In this document: in pieces, positions 43,404 to 57,745 of the stretch | How positions within the stretch are numbered: position 1 is the first letter of the stretch | How the letters are laid out: the number at the start of each line of letters is the position of its first letter | Assembly (NCBI GenBank): GCA_951406725.2 | Contig: OX597833.1 | Location: 43,276,001 to 43,340,000, forward strand | Reading direction: 5' to 3' | DNA from: Octopus vulgaris | Lineage: Eukaryota | Length of the DNA: 64,000 nucleotides | The notes under the pieces: generated by a model | Database searches by the model: none | Seen by the model: only the letters and a program-made list of their open reading frames with translations | Told to the model about the DNA's origin: nothing | Translations under genes and position numbers: made by a program

Positions 43404-43432
43404 ACATATAGATAGATGATAGACAGACAGAC

Positions 43433-43534
<102 letters not shown>

Positions 43535-44546
43535 CCCTAATCACATAATTATTTAACCCGCAGTTCAAGAAAGGATTCGATAAATTTGGAATGCAGAATA
43601 TATTTATTTTACTAAGAGTAATATCGCACGGACTATAGACATATTTCGCTATTCCCATAATTATTTTAACGATCAACGAAAATAGCGAAATAAGTTTGCA
43701 CATCGTAAGCTACGTGTGTTAATTTTAGCTTTGTGCTATGATAAGAATATTGCTTCTATAATTAATCGAATATTTTCGTAAGGTATTCTATATAGTAAGG
43801 ATGTATCATCCATTAATGATTTTCACACGTGCTTTATTTTATGGTATGGGATATACTGTACGGTGGTTGTTCTTGTTATAAATGCATGGTTAGCCTAATA
43901 GTAAGTGGTATGCTTGTATGAACACTGCAACAGTTAGAGTCGTCAAGTTTGCAGCTCGCACTTTCTCAGTCAAATTATGGATAACCTTGATCGCTTGTAG
44001 ATTGTTCGCGGATTTATACACTCTTGTGGTATATTGTTGTTAAGGGAGTTTTAACACTTGTCAGAAGACATAGAACGCTAATGGTCAAAATCTGGCGGTA
44101 AAGTTTACATAAATAAAGGTTTCTCAATATTAAAATGACTATACCTAGGCCAATCGCATTCTATATTCCAGTTGAGAACAAGGAAAATATAAGAACCTTA
44201 TTGTTACAAATACCCAACAAGTTTCTTATAGAAAGATATGGACAAAATACAGATAAAATACAATCATAGGAAATATAGTTGTGTTTTAGTATACTACACA
44301 AGTATATACATACATACATACAAACATACATACATACATACACACATATATACATACATACATACATACATACATACATACAAACATACATACATACAAA
44401 CATACATACATACAAACATACATACATACATACATACATACATACATACATACATACATACATACAAACATACATACATACATACAAACATGCATACATA
44501 CATAGATACATGCATACATACATACATACATACATACATACATACA

Positions 44547-44582
<36 letters not shown>

Positions 44583-44608
44583 TACATACATACATACACA
44601 CATACATA

Positions 44609-44715
44609 CAGGGCCAGCTTAAGTTACGGGCATTCGGGCAGACGCTCGGGGTGACATATACTAGGGGGCACCAAGGAGGGCGTGACAAAGACAAGGAAAT
44701 TTCCACGACCGTGAG
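44609..44715 (+). mobile_element. GC-rich insert within a (CATA)n array, possibly a hAT-type terminal fragment
   Basis: Starts CAGGGCCAGCTTAAG; no matching right TIR; microsatellite on both sides. Confidence 0.35.
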
Positions 44716-44816
44716 CATACATACATACATACATACATACATACATACATACATACATTAAATGCATACATTACATGCATACATTACATGGGTATATGTA
44801 TGTATGTAAATATATA

Positions 44817-44862
<46 letters not shown>

Positions 44863-45430
44863 TGTATGTATGTATATCACATCGCGTTTGTACGACTCCA
44901 TATGAATATTCATATATAGACATGAATGTGAAAACAAATAGACTTGTGTACACGCATTATATTCATAGATATGTACACGCAGCTATTGACAGAAATGCAA
45001 ACAAAACACGTCGTACGAACACACAAAAATATCAACATGCTACTCACACACACACATACACACACACACACATACACACACACATACACACACATCTAAC
45101 CTATTCAAGCAAACATTGTTTAATGTCGTGGTCACCATAAACTTTAAACTTCCAGTTCGTTTGACATCTATCAACACATGTTCCACCGACAGATGGCTCT
45201 GATAGTCGCATTAAATGGCGTTCAGTGAAAAATTATGAAGCGAAACATTGTCAATGATGCTTCACTGAAGATTTATTTTTTATTTCATTTCATTGGAAGG
45301 TTGTTGAACTTACTGTCGTTGGCTTTGTTGTTCTTGTTGTTGTCACTGTGGTAATGAAGGGCAGATGTCAAGTTCTTCTTATGATGTACGTCTATATTAC
45401 TGTTACATACGTAAACACGAATGCCTCTGC

Positions 45431-45485
<55 letters not shown>

Positions 45486-45601
45486 ATATAAATACACATG
45501 TACACGTGTATTCATAAATGTATATCTCTCGCTTCCTCTCTCTCTTCTCTTTCTATCTATCTCTCTCTTTCTCTGATACATACATACACACACACACACA
45601 C

Positions 45602-45672
<71 letters not shown>

Positions 45673-45734
45673 CATATGTCTCTGTGTGTCTGTGTGTGCG
45701 TGTATATATATATGTATATATATATATATAATAC

Positions 45735-45965
45735 AAAATGGGACAAGAACGCAAAACGTTAGACGATACAAAAAAACAAGGACGGGTCATTCGAAGCTTT
45801 CTATACTCACTCAAGAACCGGATCATCCTCGCAATTTCGGCTGAGTAATCTTGAGATTGCTCCAATCTGGCCAGCCCCAAGGAAAAACTAAGCTAAGAGC
45901 ATTAGATTCCTTGGAAGAAAGCATCGAATATATACGAAAACAAGGACGTAAAAACAGACGATGTT
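45735..45965 (-). mobile_element. Short (TA)n-flanked module, probable PLE-terminal remnant
   Basis: Bounded by TA repeats; minus strand GGCTG...CAGCC-GAAA hairpin but no recognisable CUGANGA core. Confidence 0.35.
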
Positions 45966-45968
45966 ATA

Positions 45969-46004
<36 letters not shown>

Positions 46005-46098
46005 TGTATGTACGTATGTATGTATGTATGTATGTATGTATGTATGTATGTATGTATGTATGTATGTATGTATGTATGTATGTATGTATATATGTATG

Positions 46099-46160
<62 letters not shown>

Positions 46161-47024
46161 TGTATGTATGTATGTATGTATGTATATGTGTGTATGTATA
46201 TATGTATGTATGTAACCAAAAATAAGCTAAGATATAGAACTGGGAATGGCCAGTTGCATATAAAGGAAAAACAGAACGACATAAACAAATGTAGGTATAC
46301 TAAATACGATACAACAAATTCTTGAGTTTTTCAACTTTCTCCGTCTACCTTCTTATCTCTAAACAATTACCCTGTCCTTGGTCGTATTTCAACTCTGACG
46401 ACTTCGTGGTTCTCACGATTATGTAATTGTGTCACTGTTTCAAATGGAGTTTGGATTCATCTGCCATTTGACAACTGTGACACCTCCCATAAAAGCCGAG
46501 ATAGTTTTACAGTATATGATATACCTGCTTTGTGTACATTCATTGCCTAATTGACAGAGATGTCTAATTGCCTAATTGACAGATTGTTCCGGCACCTTGA
46601 GCTCGGAATTCAAATGTTATTGAGTTCACCTTTGTGTTTCATCCTATCGGGATCGATAAATGAGGGAGTAGTTAATATCTGCAAAAGATTTTTTTTTCCT
46701 TTTATTCCCCTCTGTCTTGGAATCGGCTACCAGATAGGGGAAGTTATCTGGCATCAAACTCTTGGTACTGTTGAACTAGGCTGTTGGAAGAATCCTTAGA
46801 AGAGCAAACCAACAGGCCGTGTAATGATTTTAGGCGAGCTTTTATAGATGCGTGAAGCCTCATATATATTTGTCTGTGTATCTGTGCGCGCGCACTCACA
46901 CGTATACACATGTGTGTGTGTGCATATGTATGCATATGTATACATACATACATATATATATGTGTATATGTATATTATATGTATACATATATGTGTATAT
47001 GAATGCATATATATATATGTATAT

Positions 47025-47162
47025 ACTCTTTTACTCTTTTACTTGTTTCAGTCATTTGACTGCGGCCATGCTGGAGCACCGCCTTTAGTCGAGCAAATCG
47101 AGCCCGGGACTTATTCTTTGTAAGCCCAGTACTTATTCTATCGGTCTCTTTTGCCGAACCGC

Positions 47163-47194
<32 letters not shown>

Positions 47195-47252
47195 ATACAC
47201 CGGTTTGAGAACAATTTAATTAAGAATTAAGAATTTTAATTAATTTTAATTC

Positions 47253-47306
<54 letters not shown>

Positions 47307-47423
47307 AATATTCTTTTGACTTTTTACTTCTTTCAGTCAGTTGACTGCGACCATGCTGGAGCATCGCCTTTAGTCCAACAAATTGACCTCAGGACTTATT
47401 CTTTGTAAGCCTAGTACTTATTC
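47025..47423 (-). mobile_element. Two 3' fragments of SINE family B
   Basis: 47025-47163 and about 47310-47423 both carry CAGTCA.TTGACTGCG.CCATGCTGGAGCA. Confidence 0.85.
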
Positions 47424-47424
47424 T

Positions 47425-47543
<119 letters not shown>

Positions 47544-47556
47544 TATATATATATAT

Positions 47557-47624
<68 letters not shown>

Positions 47625-47664
47625 TTAGATAGATAGATAAATAGATGGATAGATAGATAGATAA

Positions 47665-48754
47665 GTTTCTTTATTGGCCACACAGGGCTGCACACAGATG
47701 GGACAAGTTATAAGGTAGAGCTTTTCTTTTGGGGGATGAAAAAAAGGGGGTGGCGTAGGTTTTCGATCAAGAGGGATCGTAAAAGGGAAGAAAAGAACAA
47801 AAAAAAAATGAAAAAAAAAATAGAATAAAAAATAAAAAGAATAAAAGAAAAAAAAGAAAGGGAAAAGGAACAAAAGAAAAGAGAAATGAAAAAAGAAGAA
47901 AAAGGGGAAAAAAAAGGGGAAGAGGAAAAAAAAAAAAGGAACGATCAATAGGGATCGTGTATCACAGTGTTATGATATATGGTGTAAAGGGGAAAGCAAG
48001 TAAGGTTTATCCGTGGGAAGAAAAGCCTACGAAAAAGACCACGGTAACCTTGGTCAATATTGTTATATGTTATCACATTTGTTTGCAAGTGGGTAACCCT
48101 CTGTTTTCAATTTCTGGGTTCATAGGATTATGCTCAAGGTGGCTTCGTCATTCATACGTGCCATCCTTGCTACATTCACCCATCTTTTTTAAAACATTCG
48201 CTAGACAAAACTTGCCTCTCTACTCTCACTTTCCTTTTCAAGTGGTACTTGAAGAAGTTGATGAGAGATTGACCAGAGAGGAAAGTGTTTGTCTCCAATC
48301 CTTTCAGACGCGTCCACCAGATACATTCTTTCGCCATAGCCACAAGGATGATGAAAATAGCTCTTCCTTCCCGTTTGAAGGAAGGAGGCGTGACAATATT
48401 GACGATAGACTCAGCTGATAAACCGACTCGTCCCACACGTGACAGCAGTTGTTCAACACAAGCCCACAGGTCGGAAATTGTTGGACACTGCACGAGTGCG
48501 TGCAGAACGGTTTCGTCGCTCTGACCGCATCTCGGGCAGGTCGGCCCCGTGTTTCTCGAGCCGTGTCTGTAGAGCTTATCCCGAACGGGTAGCGCTTCTC
48601 GGTAACACTGCCAGGCCAGGGATCTCTGGAAGTTGTCCATGGGCCCTGGCCCGAAAGTCGTCCTGAACAGGCGGGTCAGGTACTCCTCGTCGACGTCCAG
48701 GTTCGCCCCGAGCTCGTCGTCGTACCTCCCCTCCACTAATCCCCTATAGAATGC
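47665..48754 (-). mobile_element. 5'-truncated Tx1/L1-clade LINE inside a (GATA)n array
   Basis: ORF 48176-48835 gives AWQCYREALPV...CPRCGQSDETVLHALVQCP (C-terminal CCHC zinc finger) plus a T-rich 3' UTR and AATAAA; (GATA)n on both sides. Confidence 0.9.
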
Positions 48755-48826
<72 letters not shown>

Positions 48827-49784
48827 CACACACACGCACGTATACGCTCACACACACATATTTATACTCACGTGTGTGTGCATATACATTTTCATAAATT
48901 CATAATGTATATGTATGTGTGTATGCGTGTGTGTGTATACATACGTATATAGATGAATGTATGCATACGTACGGGCATACATACGTACATAAATACATAT
49001 TATGAGTAATGAGACAGTGGAAGAGGGGTGAAAAGAGAGAGAGAGAGAAAGAGATAGTGAGAGAGAGAGAAAGAGAGAGTGGGAGAGAGAGAAAGAGAGA
49101 AAAAGAGAAAGAGAGAAATGAAGAGAGAGAGTGCGAGAGAAATACTCAAATTATGTCTAACGTAATAATACATACGTATTAGAAATCTATAGACATAAAC
49201 ATTATTATGTGTCAATATTTCCGCAAAACAAATATTTATATAACATGCAGAAATGCATATATACACAGCAGCACTACACCACCTCACCCCCACACGCACA
49301 CACACACACATGCACACGCATACACACATACATATGTATGCGTACACAGGTACACACACAATCACTCACACACATACATAGACGTATAGATACTCACACA
49401 TAAATACTTACATGCATACACACATATACGCATACACACATGCATACATACATATACAGGTATACTAATACATATGTACGACAGGAAAGATGCACAACGA
49501 ATAAAGAGGAGAGAACACCTATCTTCTTTATGTAATTAGCATTGTCATTCAAGCATGATACATGATGTTGCTGGTGGATTTTATTGAGGGAGGGGAGATG
49601 CGCCGGTAGGTAGATAGATGAGCACAACTGCAGTTGTACACATACACACACACACAAACACACTCACATACACACACACATTTATTTCATTTCATTTTAT
49701 CTAGTTTCAGTTTACGAGCTGTGGCCATGCTGGGGCACAGCCATTCGGTGTTGCTACATGATTTTACTTCACGAATGCATTTTA

Positions 49785-50075
49785 GCAATTGCCATTTGGT
49801 GCATGAGAGAGTTCGATGCAGCTGCCCTCATCTGCACCTCCTACCGTGAAGTTGGTTCATCTGGGACACCTGACAGGAAGAGATCCAGGTTTATTTTAAA
49901 GACATCTGCATCCACCCCATGCAGGTCTCTCAGGTTCTTCGGGAGGATATTGAAGAGCTGTGGGCCTCTGAAGCCCAGGCTATCACAGTATCTTGTCTTA
50001 CATCTTGATGGAAAATTTGGAGTCCTTGGCACCACGCAGTGTCGCCCAGTTCTAGTATTTGTGTAACTCTCGATG
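49785..50075 (-). pseudogene. CR1/L2-type LINE 3' fragment
   Basis: RGPQLFNILPKNLRDLHGVDADVFKINLDLFLSGVPDEP; homologous to about 41480-41760. Confidence 0.85.
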
Positions 50076-50271
50076 CCATATACACACAGACACACTTTCT
50101 AAGAAAGCTACATACACACATGAGTATGCATCCGTGTATATGTATATATAAACGTGTTTTAAAAAAATTCCGGTATACGCAATCGAGGCCGTATTAAATG
50201 AAAAATAACTAACGTACTTAATGTAAATGCACCGCTGATAGGTCATATATACATACATACATACATACATA

Positions 50272-50662
50272 CTCTTTTTTACTTGTTTCAGTCATTTGAC
50301 TGTGGCCATGCTGGAGCACCGTCTTTAATCGAGCAACTCGACCCCGGGACTTATTCTTTTGTAAGCCCAGTACTTATTCTATCGGTCTCTTTTGCCGAAC
50401 CGCTAATGACGGGGACATAAACACACCAGCATCGGTTGTCAAGCAATGCTAGGGGACAAACACAGACACACAAACACACACACGCATATATGTATATATA
50501 CATATATACGACGGGCTTCTTTCAGTTTCCGTCTACCAAATCCACTCACAAGGCTTTGGTCGGCCCGAGACTATAGTAGAAGACACTTGCCCAAGTTGCC
50601 ACGCAGTGGGACTGAACCCGGAACCATGTGGCTGGTAGACAAGCTACTTACCACACAGCCAC
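50272..50662 (-). mobile_element. SINE family B
   Basis: Near full-length match. Confidence 0.9.
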
Positions 50663-50976
50663 ACACCTACATATATATGTATATATACATGCATATATGG
50701 GTACAGAACATCAAAAAAATGTTGAACACAATGAGAAACGAAAACAGGAAAATAAAAACATAGAAACGAACTTTTTTTTTTTTTGGAACAACGAAAAAAA
50801 CAGAGAAACGAGACATTCAACAAAAAGAATATTCCCCTTCTTTAGTTGTCCCTGTTTCATCTACTCCGCTTTCTGAAGGCAAGGACACACGCACACGCAC
50901 ACATATAAATACGCGCACACACACGCGCACACACCTACACATACCCCCCCCACACACACACACACACATATATATA

Positions 50977-51282
50977 TCTATTATATAACATCTATTCTGT
51001 CTGTCTGTGTGTGTGTCTTCTAGGATCTCGGGCATCCTCCATCCGATTGTGCTCAAATTTGATATGTAGATACCGACGGTATCAGGGCGTGTATAAGTCT
51101 AGAAAAAATTGCAAAAATCGATTCTTAGTGAGAATGCGATCAATAAAGCCAGTTTTTGTCCTGCTTTTCTTCCGTCAACCTGTACATAACTGCACCTTAC
51201 ATTTTTGTTGTTTTTGTACTGCTTAAAGGCACGTTTCTTTCTTGCCAAGCTTACTGTTTAAACCATGGCGGTGTTTTGCTCG
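50977..51282 (+). mobile_element. Non-autonomous Helitron-like element, copy 1
   Basis: 5' A^TCTATTATATAA...CTGTCTGTCTG...CCGATT..GCTCAAATTTG; 3' GTTTTGCTCG^T; no TSD; inserted in (AT)n. Confidence 0.7.
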
Positions 51283-51643
51283 TATATATATATATAATCC
51301 AAATAAAATGACAGAAATTCTTTGACACATCTTTGATGATTCGTTACAATTGTTTCTGTACCAACTCTGCTTGCAACATGTCAACTGGCGCTGCAAGCAG
51401 AGTTGATACAGAAACAACTGTAAACGAAACATTAAAGATGTGTTAAAGAATGTCTTGGTCTTATTATACGATTATAATTTACTCTTCGTCACATCCACAC
51501 AACTGTGTTACCGTCATGAAACCAAGATTTTCTACACTTGAAGAATTTCGGTATTGTTCTGGAGTCCGACAGTGTTGATAGCCCAGAACTCAGGTTGTGT
51601 GATTCTCTAGAAATACCCTACCTTATACCTTAGCACACACCCG

Positions 51644-51729
<86 letters not shown>

Positions 51730-51782
51730 TATCCCTACACAAGGATGACACGCAAATTCGTGAAGCATTCCATATTTTCTAA

Positions 51783-51976
51783 TAGGCGCAGGAGTGGCTG
51801 TGTGGTAAGTAGCTTGCTTACGAACCTCATGGTTCCGGGTTCATTCCCACTTCGTGGCACCTTGGGCAAGTGTCTTCTACTATTGCTTCGGGCCGGCCAA
51901 AGCTTTATGAGTGGATTTGGTAGACGGAAACTGAAAGAAGCCCGTCGTATATGTGTATATATGTATGTATATATAC

Positions 51977-52067
<91 letters not shown>

Positions 52068-52276
52068 AGTCTGTGTCTGTGTTTGTCCCCCCAACATTGC
52101 TTGACAACCGATGCTAGTGCGTTTGCATCCTCGTAACTTTGCGGTTCGGCAAAAGGCACCGATAGAATAAGTACTAGGCTTACAAAGAATAAATCCTGGG
52201 GTCGATTTGCTCGACTAAAGGCGGTGCTCCAGCATGGCCGCAGTCAAATGACTGAAACATGTAAAAGTGTAAAGAG
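51783..52276 (+). mobile_element. SINE family B, best-preserved copy
   Basis: AGGCGCAGGAGTGGCTGTGTGGTAAG head, GGTTCATTCCC B-box-like, internal (TA)(TG)n, GTAAAAG tail repeats. Confidence 0.92.
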
Positions 52277-53199
52277 AAAGATATGCGCACAGGGATGGCT
52301 GCGGAGGTCGGAAATTTGTTTCGGAAACCTGAGATCCGAATTTGAGCGCGACCCCATCCGTGCCATCATGGTCAAGATATCTTTACTATAGTCTCAAATC
52401 AATTCAATCTTTGTATATTAATTGGGTAGGCAGGAACTATGTAGAAGTTCTTCGGATGGGCAGTACCTGTAATTTACAGATCTGGCCTTGTCACCATACT
52501 GTATCACGCTGCTTCTACCTGAAAACTGCATTCATGGTACATGTATCTGTAGAATATTTGGCCAATTTGAGCGACATCAAAATCTATGTTAGAGATCGCT
52601 AACAGCGAAAAGCGCTTATCCCAACACAAAGTCTTCCTTCCGTCAGATTTCTGTAATTCTAGGTTTTTTTTCCTCTTTATATATTCAATATTTTTTAATT
52701 GGAAAAACAAATCTTTCTTAAAATAATATGACTGTACAAAGAATTTTTCTGAAAGCGTTTCTAAAGATGTATAAATGAGTGTGTATTTGTTTGTGTATTG
52801 ACGAGGTCAATGGTAAGTCTTTGAATCTCGAATTTTCATTGCGTAGAACGGGAAATTGCAACACCCTGCTGTATTTTTTTACAAATGAGTGAATACCATT
52901 AATGAAACACTAAATCACTTAAGTTCCAGGCTAGCCAACCAGTTATCTATCAAACTGTCCGAACTCGCTCTCACAGATAATACCAAAGTAGCGTTATTCA
53001 AATGTTTTAATTTAAAATAATCTATTATAAATGATTACCATCAACAAGAGTTAGTCACATTGGTTTCACTTTCTGAATGGCGGACATGAAAATGCAGACG
53101 ACATATTAACTAAATTACACAAAGAGAGAAAGAGCTGTTCAGAGAGACAGAATCAATAAGTTAGTTCGCAGACATATTGAATGTATGAATGTGTAAATG

Positions 53200-53378
53200 C
53201 TGGCGTGGCTGTGTGATAAGAAGTTTGCTTTCTAACCACATGGTGCCGGGTTCACTCCCACTGCATGGCACCTTGGACAAGTGCCTTTTACTATAGCCTC
53301 GGGCCGACAAAAGCTTTGTGAATAGATTTTGCAGACGGAAACTGAAAGAAGCCCGGCGTATATACATATATATGTGTG

Positions 53379-53419
<41 letters not shown>

Positions 53420-53640
53420 CTTTGTGTGACTTTGTGTCTGTGTTTGACCCCACCACCACTTAACAACCGGTGTTGGTGTGTTTACGTCCCCGTGACTTAG
53501 TGATTCAGCAAAACAGACCTACAGAATAAGTACCCGGCTTCAAAAAAGGATTTAGATCGATTCAATTCGACTAAAAATTCATGGTGGTGCTCCAGTATGG
53601 CCACAATCTAATGATCGAAAGAAGTAAAAGATAGAGGATA
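53200..53640 (+). mobile_element. SINE family B, diverged
   Basis: Colinear with 51783-52276. Confidence 0.85.
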
Positions 53641-53967
53641 AAAAATCAGTATCGGCTATCGAGGAGTCCTTTCGTGACTTCATGTGTTGCTAGAACCAGC
53701 AATCAAATCTGTCAAAATCATATGTTACTGGTTTAGAAAATGAAGGATAATTTGGATAAGGCACTCAGAAAAAAAAACCTTTGAAATGGTTACCAAGGGA
53801 ATGTCTTTAATAATATATATACTGGTTTAGATCGTATCTAGGTTAAACAATAACAATAGCAATTATCATCATCATCATCATTATCGTCGTCGTCGCCGCC
53901 GTCACCGCAGTTGCCGCCGCCGCAGTAGCAGTTGTCTCCGTTATCGTCATCATCATCAACATTACTA

Positions 53968-54291
53968 TAGGAGTACTCCGTCGGTTACGACGATGAGGGT
54001 CCCAGTTGATACGATCAACGGAACAGCCTGCTCATGAAATTAACGTGCAAGTGACTGAGCAATCCACAGACACGCATACCCCTAACGTAGTTCACAGAGA
54101 GATTCAGCGTGACACATAGCGTGACAAGGCAGGCCCTTTGAAATACAGGTACAACTCATTTTTGCCAGCTGAGTGGACTGGAACAACGTGAAATAAAGTG
54201 TCTTGCTCAAGGACACAACGCGTCGCCGGGAATCAATCTCAAGACCTTACAATCGTGAGCCGAATGCCCTAACCACTAAGCCACGCGCCTT
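53968..54291 (-). mobile_element. tRNA-derived CORE-like SINE family D
   Basis: Minus strand GGCGCGTGGCTTAGTGGTTAGGG head, then GTGTCCTTGAGCAAGACACTTTATTTCAC...CTCAGCTGGCAAAAATGAG (CORE-like). Confidence 0.85.
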
Positions 54292-54703
54292 CTTTATTGC
54301 CCATAAGGGGCTAAACACAGAGGGAACAAACAAGGACAGACAAAGGGATTAAGTCGATTACATCGACCCCAGTGCGTAACTGGTACTTATTTAATAGACC
54401 CTGAAAAGATGAAAGGCAAAGTCGACTTCGGCAGAATTTGAACTCAGAACGTAGCGGCTGCCGAAATACCTATTTCTTTACTACCCACAAGGGACTAAAC
54501 ACAGAGAGGACAAACATGGACAGACAAACGGATTAAGTCGATTATATCGACACCAGTGCGTAATTGGTACTTATTTAATCGACTCCGAAAGGATGAAAGT
54601 CAAAGTCGACCTCGGCGGAATTTGAACTCAGAACGTAACGGCAGACGAAATACTGCTGAGCATTTTGCCCGGCGTGCTAACGTCTCTGCCAGCTCACCGC
54701 CTT
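54292..54703 (-). mobile_element. Dimeric SINE family A
   Basis: Two units with the same GAAATACC/TATTTCTTTA junction as the trimer at 3373. Confidence 0.9.
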
Positions 54704-55120
54704 AATCAACATTAATGCATTTGCGCAACCATATCGATTCTCATTATCCCCAAAACCATCTCAGCTACAACCACTATCACCATTACCGCCATCACCGTCA
54801 TCGTCGTCTTCGTCATCGTCATCATCATCATCGTCGTCGTCATCATCATCATCAGGATAATCGCCGTCGTCGTTATAATCATCATCGTCATCGTCGTCGT
54901 CATCAACATCATCATCATCATCACCACCACAACCACCACTATTGTCATTATGATCTTCATCGCCGTTATCGTCGTTGCCCTCAACGTTGTAGTAATTTAT
55001 GATACTGATGCTTAGATTTGAATACAGTTTCATTTATATGATTTATTGCATCCCTTACGGGAATCTTGAAACCTAATTCGCTCGTGGTCGAAGAGGTAGG
55101 GCCGGTCATATTTTTTAGGC

Positions 55121-55121
<1 letters not shown>

Positions 55122-55185
<64 letters not shown>

Positions 55186-55224
55186 GGATGGATGGATGGA
55201 TGGATGGATGGACGGACGGAGACG

Positions 55225-55255
<31 letters not shown>

Positions 55256-55259
55256 TGAC

Positions 55260-55313
<54 letters not shown>

Positions 55314-55423
55314 ATGAATGGATGGATGGATGGATGGATGGATGGACGGACGGACGGACGGACGGACCAACAGACAGATAGACAGACAGACAGACATACA
55401 TACAGACAGACAGACAGATAGAC

Positions 55424-55494
<71 letters not shown>

Positions 55495-55495
55495 C

Positions 55496-55583
<88 letters not shown>

Positions 55584-55590
55584 TGATAGA
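55122..55590. repeat. (GATA)n/(GATG)n/(GACA)n compound microsatellite
   Basis: Directly visible. Confidence 0.95.
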
Positions 55591-55892
55591 CAAGAGAGAG
55601 GGAGAGGAGTAAGAGGAACCATGAGAAATGAAAATACTTTTTGCTTTACCGAAACCATATTTCTTTATCTGAGGAGACCAAATTGTCAGTTAAAGATTAA
55701 ATTCAGTTGATATGGAAATTTTCTGTTTTTAGCTTTTCCACGCGGTATCAGCCATTTTGGAGTATTGGTTACACACGCATATTGTATTCTCCTCTGTGCA
55801 ATCACTTAACACGACCAACGTTGCGCATTTATATATCTCGTCATTGTGACGCCTGTTACATTTTATTTTTTTTAATTTTATTTTTAGAGGTA

Positions 55893-56048
55893 TATTTGTG
55901 TTGTTAAGAAGCTTGCTTCGAAACTATTTGGCTTCGAGTTCAGTCCTGCTGTGCAGCAGCTTGGGCGAGTGTCTTCTACTCTACCCTGGGGTCGACCACT
56001 GCAATGCCTTGTGAGTAAATATGGAGAGAAAAACTGTGAGGAAACCAG

Positions 56049-56120
<72 letters not shown>

Positions 56121-56143
56121 TTGTGTGTGTGTGTGTTTGTGTG

Positions 56144-56195
<52 letters not shown>

Positions 56196-56236
56196 CGTTT
56201 GTGTGTGTGTGTGTGTGCGCGTGTGTGTGTGTGTGT

Positions 56237-56295
<59 letters not shown>

Positions 56296-57232
56296 AAATG
56301 ACATGTCAAAAGATTTCATACTGTGGCACCTGTTCCTTCTGCCAGCCAGCACAACTATGCATTATGCAATGAAATGTGAAAATATTTGGCAGGGCTCAAG
56401 AGTCATATAAGGGCCTCTCACTGCATCATCAGTGACTCATTTCAATGATTCTTTCTAGCAATGCCTTTGCTCGTATACGAGGAAACAGCCACTACTGTGT
56501 ATGTATGTATGTATGTATGTATGTATGTATGTATGTATGTATGTGCAAGACCCTGCCTCAGTAAAGCTGGACTCATGAGTCATCTTCGTAGTCATAAAAC
56601 GAGACAGATGAGTGATAACCTGGCCACTGGTGGTGGTGTTACACACCATACTGATCTTATCTGTCGGGCATGTGGAAGAGAGTGTAATTCGGCAGGAGGA
56701 CTTAAACGACATGCAAGGGTACATGAAGCCGAGTTAAAACTACAGCCAGCTATTACCGGTAAAGGTTTTAGTTGCCAATTCTGTACAAGACATTGTAGCT
56801 CTTTAGCTGGGCTAAAAAGTCACATTCGATCACAGCACCAGTAACAGTTAAGCTTCGTGCAATGGCCATACTCGATAACGAGGGGGCAGCCATAATGTAT
56901 GTATGTATGTATGTATGTATGTATGTATGTATGTATGTATGTATGTATGTATGTATGTATGTATGCATGTATGTATGTACGTATGTATGTATGCATGATG
57001 TGTGCAATGTGTGTGAGAGAGAGAAAGAGAGAGAGCTTTCATGTTTGTCTTCCACCACCGCTTAACATCCGGTGAAGATTCGTTTACGTCCTTAACTCAG
57101 CGGTTGGGCACAAGGAAACGATATAAAAAGTAGCAGGCTTTCAAATAAGTGCTAGTGTCGATTTGAACCTTTCAAGACGGTGCCCCAGCATGGGCGCAGT
57201 CTAATGACTGAAACAAGCAAAGGGTGAAAGAT
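55893..57232 (+). mobile_element. SINE family B split by insertions in its internal microsatellite
   Basis: 5' half about 55893-56052; 3' half about 57040-57232. Confidence 0.7.
56540..56895 (+). mobile_element. Triple C2H2 zinc-finger fragment, likely 3' end of an RTE-type LINE
   Basis: CARPCLSKAGLMSHLRSH, CRACGRECNSAGGLKRHARVH, CQFCTRHCSSLAGLKSHIRSQH, stop at 56844, short UTR with CTCG..CGAG hairpin, (TATG)n on both sides; no TGEKP linkers. Confidence 0.65.
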
Positions 57233-57745
57233 AGGCGTTAAAAGAAACATGGTTTGTTGATGGGTAAGAGGAAAAATGTTTGTTTTTTTTTCTTTTTAAT
57301 ATAACCCAAAATGATATCTTTGTGCATTTAAATTACAATTTATTTGCTATTTCATATCTCTTCTACATCAATATCAATAAATATGCTGTTTTTTGAACGC
57401 TGATGCTTATGTATAGATACAGACAAAAAATGAGATAAACACAAATGCAAATTATTAGTTCTTATATACATTTCACTGCTGCAGACATTTTGAACTCAGT
57501 ATTGGATGTTCCTAATGCATTTGGATGACGTCCAATACTGTGTTCCAAATAACTGCAATGGCGAAATATACGTAGAAATAGTAATTCATACTTGTGTTTG
57601 TCTCAGTTTTCCCCTACGTATGCTCTGTATATCGTAACTAGTAACACTACTAAATACTGTGGTAGACTAACCGCTATACTGGAAGTTGGCTGGATAATGA
57701 TAATCTACGTGGAGCTCTTTCATCTAACTGTACAAATAAGATATA

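Noticed and set aside
43642-43692. 12-bp inverted repeat with 27-nt spacer (also the hairpin at 45221-45269)
   Set aside because: Short, AT-rich and without supporting context; plausible by chance in 64 kb.
54715-55002. His/Arg-rich and Asp-rich ORFs
   Set aside because: Degenerate (CAT/CGT)n microsatellite.
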